Positions 56,306-64,000 of a DNA stretch of 64,000 nt are shown piece after piece. The stretch's first letter is position 1, and the number at the start of each line of letters is the position of its first letter. The translations under genes and the position numbers were made by a program. The notes below the pieces were generated by a model, which did not search any database, was not told the origin of the DNA, and worked only from the letters and a program-made list of their open reading frames with translations. This DNA is from Eledone cirrhosa. Taxonomy: Eukaryota. Location: contig OZ024741.1 of NCBI GenBank assembly GCA_964016885.1, positions 334,242,001-334,306,000 on the forward strand. The letters run 5' to 3'.

Positions 56306-56590
56306 ATACTCTTCCATTTACATTTTCCACCTGATTTGATTGATTTTTAATGATATTTGTAAAAGTAGATTAAAAGTTCTATGTTATATGTCACACAAGA
56401 CGGATGAATAAGATAAATGGAAGAGCAGGTTAAACATTGCTGCTTGGACTGGACATAACATTTTCTTTTCAATAAGGTAGAAAGAAGTTTATAGTCTTGT
56501 TGAGTATATTTAAATCAGAGAGAGACAGAGAGAGAGAGAGCAAAGAGAGATTCAATGATTTATAAGAGTGCTCTTCAATGATTTATAAAA

Positions 56591-59500
56591 GTGCTATCCT
56601 ACCACACAGCATATCGTGATACACAGTGTCTTAACACAGCACTGTCCTACCACACAGCATGTCGTGATACACAGTGTCTTAACACAGCACTGTCCTACCA
56701 CACAGCATGTCGTGATACACAGTGTCTTAACACAACACTGTCCTACCACACAGCATGTCGTGATACACAGTGTCTTAACACAGCACTGTCCTGAAACACA
56801 GCATGTCGTGATACACAGTGTCTTAACACAGCACTGTCCTACCACACAGCATGTCGTGATACACAGTGTCTTAACACAGCACTGTCCTACCACACAGCAT
56901 GTCGTTATACACAGTGTCTTAACACAGCACTGTCCTACCACACAGCATGTCGCGATACACAGTGTCTTAACACAGCACTGTCCTGATACACAGCATGTCG
57001 TGATACACAGTGTCGTAACACAGCACTGTCCTACCACACAGCATGTCGTGATACACAGTGTCTTAACACAGCACTGTCCTACCACACAGCATGTCGTGAT
57101 ACACAGTGTCTTAACACAGCATTGTCCTACAACACAGCATGTCGTGATACACAGTGTCTTAACACAACATTGTCCTACCACACAGCATGTCGTGATACGC
57201 AGTGTCTTAACACAGCACTGTCCTGAAACACAGCATGTCATGATACACAGTGTCTTAACACAGCACTGTCCTACCACACAGCATGTCGTGATACACAGTG
57301 TCTTAACACAACACTGTCCTACCACACAGCATGTCGCGATACACAGTGTCTTAACACAGCACTGTCCTACCACACAGCATGTCGTGATACACAGTGTCTT
57401 AACACAGCACTGTCCTACCACACAGCATGTCGTGATACACAGTGTCTTAACACAGCATTGTCCTACAACACAGCATGTCGTGATACACAGTGTCTTAACA
57501 CAACATTGTCCTACCACACAGCATGTCGTGATACACAGTGTCTTAACAAAGCACTGTCCTGATACACAGCATGTCGTGATACACAGTGTCTTAACACAGC
57601 ACTGTTCTACCACACAGCATGACGTGATACACAGTGTCTTAACACAGCACTGTCCTACCACACAGCATGTCGTGATACACAGTGTCTTAACACAGCACTG
57701 TCCTGAAACACAGCATGTCATGATACACAGTGTCTTAACACAGCACTGTTCTACCACACAGCATGACGTGATACACAGTGTCTTAACACAGCACTGTCCT
57801 GAAACACAGCATGTCGTGATACACAGTGTCTTAACACAGCACTGTCCTGAAAGACAGCATGTCGTGATACACAGTGTCTTAACACAGCACTGTCCTGAAA
57901 GACAGCATGTCATGATACACAGTGTCTTAACACAGCACTGTCCTGAAACACAGCATGTCGTGATACACAGTGTCTTAACACAGCACTGTCCTACCACACA
58001 GCATGTCGTGATACACAGTGTCTTAACACAGCACTGTCCTGAAACACAGCATGTCGTGATACACAGTGTCTTAACACAGCACTGTCCTGAAAGACAGCAT
58101 GTCGTGATACACAGTGTCTTAACACAGCACTGTCCTGAAACACAGCATGTCATGATACACAGTGTCTTAACACAGCACTGTCCTACCAAACAGCATGTCG
58201 TGATACACAGTGTCTTAACACAGCACTGTCCTGAAACACAGCATGTCGTGATACACAGTGTCTTAACACAGCACTGTCCTGAAACACAGAATGTCATGAT
58301 ACACAGTGTCTTAACACAGCACTGTCCTGAAACACAGCATGTTGTGATACACAGTGTCTTAACACAGCACTGTCCTGAAACACAGCATGTCGTGATACAC
58401 AGTGTCTTAACACAGCACTGTCCTACCACACAGCATGTCGTGATACACAGTGTCTTAACACAGCACTGTCCTGAAACACAGCATGTCGTGATACACAGTG
58501 TCTTAACACAGCACTGTCCTACCACACAGCATGTCGTGATACACAGTGTCTTAACACAGCACTGTCCTGAAACACAGCATGTCGTGATACACAGTGTCTT
58601 AACACAGCACTGTCCTGAAAGACAGCATGTCGTGATACACAGTGTCTTAACACAGCACTGTCCTGAAACACAGCATGTCATGATACACAGTGTCTTAACA
58701 CAGCACTGTCCTACCACACAGCATGTCGTGATACACAGTGTCTTAACACAGCACTGTCCTGAAACACAGCATGTCGTGATTCACAGTGTCTTAACACAAC
58801 CCTGTCCTGAAACACAGCATGTCGTGATACACAGTGTCTTAACACAGCACTGTCCTACCACACAGCATGTCGTGATACACAGTGTCTTAACACAGCACTG
58901 TCCTGAAACACAGCATGTCGTGATACACAGTGTCTTAACACAGCACTGTCCTGAAACACAGAATGTCATGATACACAGTGTCTTAACACAGCACTGTCCT
59001 GAAACACAGCATGTTGTGATACACAGTGTCTTAACACAGCACTGTCCTACCACACAGCATGTCGTGATACACAGTGTCTTAACACAGCACTGTCCTACCA
59101 CACAGCATGTCGTGATACACAGTGTCTTAACACAGCACTGTCCTACCACACAGCATGTCGTGATACACAGTGTCTTAACACAGCACTGTCCTGAAACACA
59201 GCATGTCGTGATACACAGTGTCTTAACACAGCACTGTCCTGAAACACAGCATGTCATGATACACAGTGTCTTAACACAGCACTGTCCTACCACACAGCAT
59301 GTCGTGATACACAGTGTCTTAACACAGCACTGTCCTGAAACACAGCATGTCGTGACTCACAGTGTCTTAACACAACCCTGTCCTGAAACACAGCATGTCG
59401 TGATACACAGTGTCTTAACACAGCACTGTCCTACCACACAGCATGTCGTGATACACAGTGTCTTAACACAGCACTGTCCTGAAACACAGAATGTCATGAT

Positions 59501-62500
59501 ACACAGTGTCTTAACACAGCACTGTCCTGAAACACAGCATGTTGTGATACACAGTGTCTTAACACAGCACTGTCCTGAAACACAGCATGTTGTGATACAC
59601 AGTGTCTTAACACAGCACTGTCCTGAAACACAGCATGTCATGATACACAGTGTCTTAACACAGCACTGTCCTGAAACACAGCATGTCGTGATACACAGTG
59701 TCTTAACACAGCACTGTCCTGAAACACAGCATGTCGTGATACACAGTGTCTTAACACAGCACTGTCCTACCACACAGCATGTCGTGATACACAGTGTCTT
59801 AACACAACATTGTCCTACCACACAGCATGTCGTGATACACAGTGTCTTAACACAGCACTGTCCTGATACACAGTATGTCGTGATACACAGTGTCTTAACA
59901 CAGCACTGTTCTACCACACAGCATGACGTGATACACAGTGTCTTAACACAGCACTGTCCTACCACACAGCATGTCGTGATACACAGTGTCTTAACACAGC
60001 ACTGTCCTGAAACACAGCATGTCGTGATACACAGTGTCTTAACACAACATTGTCCTGAAACACAGCATGTCATGATACACAGTGTCTTAACACAGCACTG
60101 TTCTACCACACAGCATGACGTGATACACAGTGTCTTAACACAGCACTGTCCTACCACACAGCATGTCGTGATACACAGTGTCTTAACACAGCACTGTCCT
60201 GAAAGACAGCATGTCGTGATACACAGTGTCTTAACACAGCACTGTCCTGAAAGACAGCATGTCATGATACACAGTGTCTTAACACAGCACTGTCCTGAAA
60301 CACAGCATGTCGTGATACACAGTGTCTTAACACAGCACTGTCCTACCACACAGCATGTCGTGATACACAGTGTCTTAACACAGCACTGTCCTGAAACACA
60401 GCATGTCGTGATACACAGTGTCTTAACACAGCACTGTCCTGAAAGACAGCATGTCGTGATACACAGTGTCTTAACACAGCACTGTCCTGAAACACAGCAT
60501 GTCATGATACACAGTGTCTTAACACAGCACTGTCCTACCACACAGCATGTCGTGATACACAGTGTCTTAACACAGCACTGTCCTGAAACACAGCATGTCG
60601 TGATACACAGTGTCTTAACACAGCACTGTCCTGAAACACAGAATGTCATGATACACAGTGTCTTAACACAGCACTGTCCTGAAACACAGCATGTCGTGAT
60701 ACACAGTGTCTTAACACAGCACTGTCCTACCACACAGCATGTCGTGATACACAGTGTATAAACACAGCACTGTCCTACCACACAGCATGTCGTGATACAC
60801 AGTGTCTTAACACAGCACTGTCCTACCACACAGCATGTCGTGATACACAGTGTCTTAACACAGCACTGTCCTGAAACACAGCATGTCGTGATACACAGTG
60901 TCTTAACACAGCACTGTCCTGAAAGACAGCATGTCGTGATACACAGTGTCTTAACACAGCACTGTCCTGAAACACAGCATGTCATGATACACAGTGTCTT
61001 AACACAGCACTGTCCTACCACACAGCATGTCGTGATACACAGTGTCTTAACACAGCACTGTCCTGAAACACAGCATGTCGTGATTCACAGTGTCTTAACA
61101 CAACCCTGTCCTGAAACACAGCATGTCGTGATACACAGTGTCTTAACACAGCACTGTCCTACCACACAGCATGTCGTGATACACAGTGTCTTAACACAGC
61201 ACTGTCCTGAAACACAGCATGTCGTGATACACAGTGTCTTAACACAGCACTGTCCTGAAACACAGAATGTCATGATACACAGTGTCTTAACACAGCACTG
61301 TCCTGAAACACAGCATGTTGTGATACACAGTGTCTTAACACAGCACTGTCCTGAAACACAGCATGTCGTGATACACAGTGTCTTAACACAGCACTGTCCT
61401 ACCACACAGCATGTCGTGATACACAGTGTCTTAACACAGCACTGTCCTACCACACAGCATGTCGTGATACACAGTGTCTTAACACAGCACTGTCCTACCA
61501 CACAGCATGTCGTGATACACAGTGTCTTAACACAGCACTGTCCTGAAACACAGCATGTCGTGATACACAGTGTCTTAACACAGCACTGTCCTGAAACACA
61601 GCATGTCATGATACACAGTGTCTTAACACAGCACTGTCCTACCACACAGCATGTCGTGATACACAGTGTCTTAACACAGCACTGTCCTGAAACACAGCAT
61701 GTCGTGATTCACAGTGTCTTAACACAACCCTGTCCTGAAACACAGCATGTCGTGATACACAGTGTCTTAACACAGCACTGTCCTACCACACAGCATGTCG
61801 TGATACACAGTGTCTTAACACAGCACTGTCCTGAAACACAGAATGTCATGATACACAGTGTCTTAACACAGCACTGTCCTGAAACACAGCATGTTGTGAT
61901 ACACAGTGTCTTAACACAGCACTGTCCTGAAACACAGCATGTTGTGATACACAGTGTCTTAACACAGCACTGTCCTGAAACACAGCATGTCATGATACAC
62001 AGTGTCTTAACACAGCACTGTCCTGAAACACAGCATGTCGTGATACACAGTGTCTTAACACAGCACTGTCCTGAAACACAGCATGTCGTGATACACAGTG
62101 TCTTAACACAGCACTGTCCTACCACACAGCATGTCGTGATACACAGTGTCTTAACACAACATTGTCCTACCACACAGCATGTCGTGATACACAGTGTCTT
62201 AACACAGCACTGTCCTGATACACAGTATGTCGTGATACACAGTGTCTTAACACAGCACTGTTCTACCACACAGCATGACGTGATACACAGTGGCTTAACA
62301 CAGCACTGTCCTACCACACAGCATGTCGTGATACACAGTGTCTTAACACAGCACTGTCCTGAAAGACAGCATGTCGTGATACACAGTGTCTTAACACAGC
62401 ACTGTCCTGAAAGACAGCATGTCATGATACACAGTGTCTTAACACAGCACTGTCCTGAAACACAGCATGTCGTGATACACAGTGTCTTAACACAGCACTG

Positions 62501-64000
62501 TCCTACCACACAGCATGTCGTGATACACAGTGTCTTAACACAACATTGTCCTACCACACAGCATGTCGTGATACACAGTGTCTTAACACAGCACTGTCCT
62601 GATACACAGTATGTCGTGATACACAGTGTCTTAACACAGCACTGTTCTACCACACAGCATGACGTGATACACAGTGTCTTAACACAGCACTGTCCTACCA
62701 CACAGCATGTCGTGATACACAGTGTCTTAACACAGCACTGTCCTGAAACACAGCATGTCGTGATACACAGTGTCTTAACACAGCACTGTCCTGAAAGACA
62801 GCATGTCATGATACACAGTGTCTTAACACAGCACTGTCCTGAAACACAGCATGTCGTGATACACAGTGTCTTAACACAGCACTGTCCTACCACACAGCAT
62901 ATCGTGATACACAGTGTCTTAACACAGCACTGTCCTGAAACACAGCATGTCGTGATACACAGTGTCTTAACACAGCACTGTCCTGAAAGACAGCATGTCG
63001 TGATACACAGTGTCTTAACACAGCACTGTCCTGAAACACAGCATGTCATGATACACAGTGTCTTAACACAGCACTGTCCTACCACACAGCATGTCGTGAT
63101 ACACAGTGTCTTAACACAGCACTGTCCTGAAACACAGCATGTCGTGATACACAGTGTCTTAACACAGCACTGTCCTGAAACACAGCATGTCATGATACAC
63201 AGTGTCTTAACACAGCACTGTCCTACCACACAGCATGTCGTGATACACAGTGTCTTAACACAGCACTGTCCTGAAACACAGCATGTCGTGATTCACAGTG
63301 TCTTAACACAACCCTGTCCTGAAACACAGCATGTCGTGATACACAGTGTCTTAACACAGCACTGTCCTACCACACAGCATGTCGTGATACACAGTGTCTT
63401 AACACAGCACTGTCCTGAAACACAGAATGTCATGATACACAGTGTCTTAACACAGCACTGTCCTGAAACACAGCATGTTGTGATACACAGTGTCTTAACA
63501 CAGCACTGTCCTGAAACACAGCATGTTGTGATACACAGTGTCTTAACACAGCACTGTCCTGAAACACAGCATGTCATGATACACAGTGTCTTAACACAGC
63601 ACTGTCCTGAAACACAGCATGTCGTGATACACAGTGTCTTAACACAGCACTGTCCTGAAACACAGCATGTCGTGATACACAGTGTCTTAACACAGCACTG
63701 TCCTACCACACAGCATGTCGTGATACACAGTGTCTTAACACAACATTGTCCTACCACACAGCATGTCGTGATACACAGTGTCTTAACACAGCACTGTCCT
63801 GATACACAGTATGTCGTGATACACAGTGTCTTAACACAGCACTGTTCTACCACACAGCATGACGTGATACACAGTGTCTTAACACAGCACTGTCCTACCA
63901 CACAGCATGTCGTGATACACAGTGTCTTAACACAGCACTGTCCTGAAAGACAGCATGTCGTGATACACAGTGTCTTAACACAGCACTGTCCTGAAAGACA
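56591..64000. repeat. 48-bp satellite array, about 154 units, running off the window end
   Basis: Unit ACACAGTGTCTTA-ACACAGCACTGTCCT(GAA/ACC)-ACACAGCATGTCGTGAT, with no indels seen. Confidence 0.98.

Noticed and set aside
57840-57910. CTGAAAGA in satellite variants as a hammerhead core
   Set aside because: Does not match CUGANGA spacing and has no stem II-GAAA-UH arrangement.
56591-64000. CRISPR-like array, or RSS array (CACAGTG heptamer in every unit)
   Set aside because: No unique spacers or cas genes, and no ACAAAAACC nonamer at 12 or 23 bp spacing.

Overview
AT-rich eukaryotic DNA made almost entirely of repeats, with no recognisable host protein-coding gene. The mix of huge (TA)n/(TAYA)n microsatellites, tRNA-derived SINEs, RTE LINEs and TTAA MITEs resembles an octopod cephalopod genome (inference). 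Most ORFs in the supplied track are microsatellite artefacts. Real coding remnants are RTE LINE fragments, three Penelope-like elements (PLEs: a Neptune-type RT+GIY-YIG at 3598-4885, a decayed one at about 6.9-7.8 kb, a Naiad-type at 41612-43333), mariner pieces and a probable CRE-clade 3' end. The main hidden signal is about 11 minimal type-I hammerhead ribozyme (HHR) motifs, plus one decayed candidate, in at least four sequence families. Each family has its own palindromic stem III. They occur in (i) a 466/419-bp tandem non-coding retrozyme-like unit at two loci, with covarying stems; (ii) a U3-A8 core variant behind the Neptune PLE; (iii) a small inverted element at 25.6-26.1 kb; (iv) a long-stem-II form in both arms of a 9.7-kb fold-back around the Naiad ORF. 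The window ends in more than 7.4 kb of a 48-bp satellite with higher-order structure and long open frames on both strands. All folds and alignments were done by eye.
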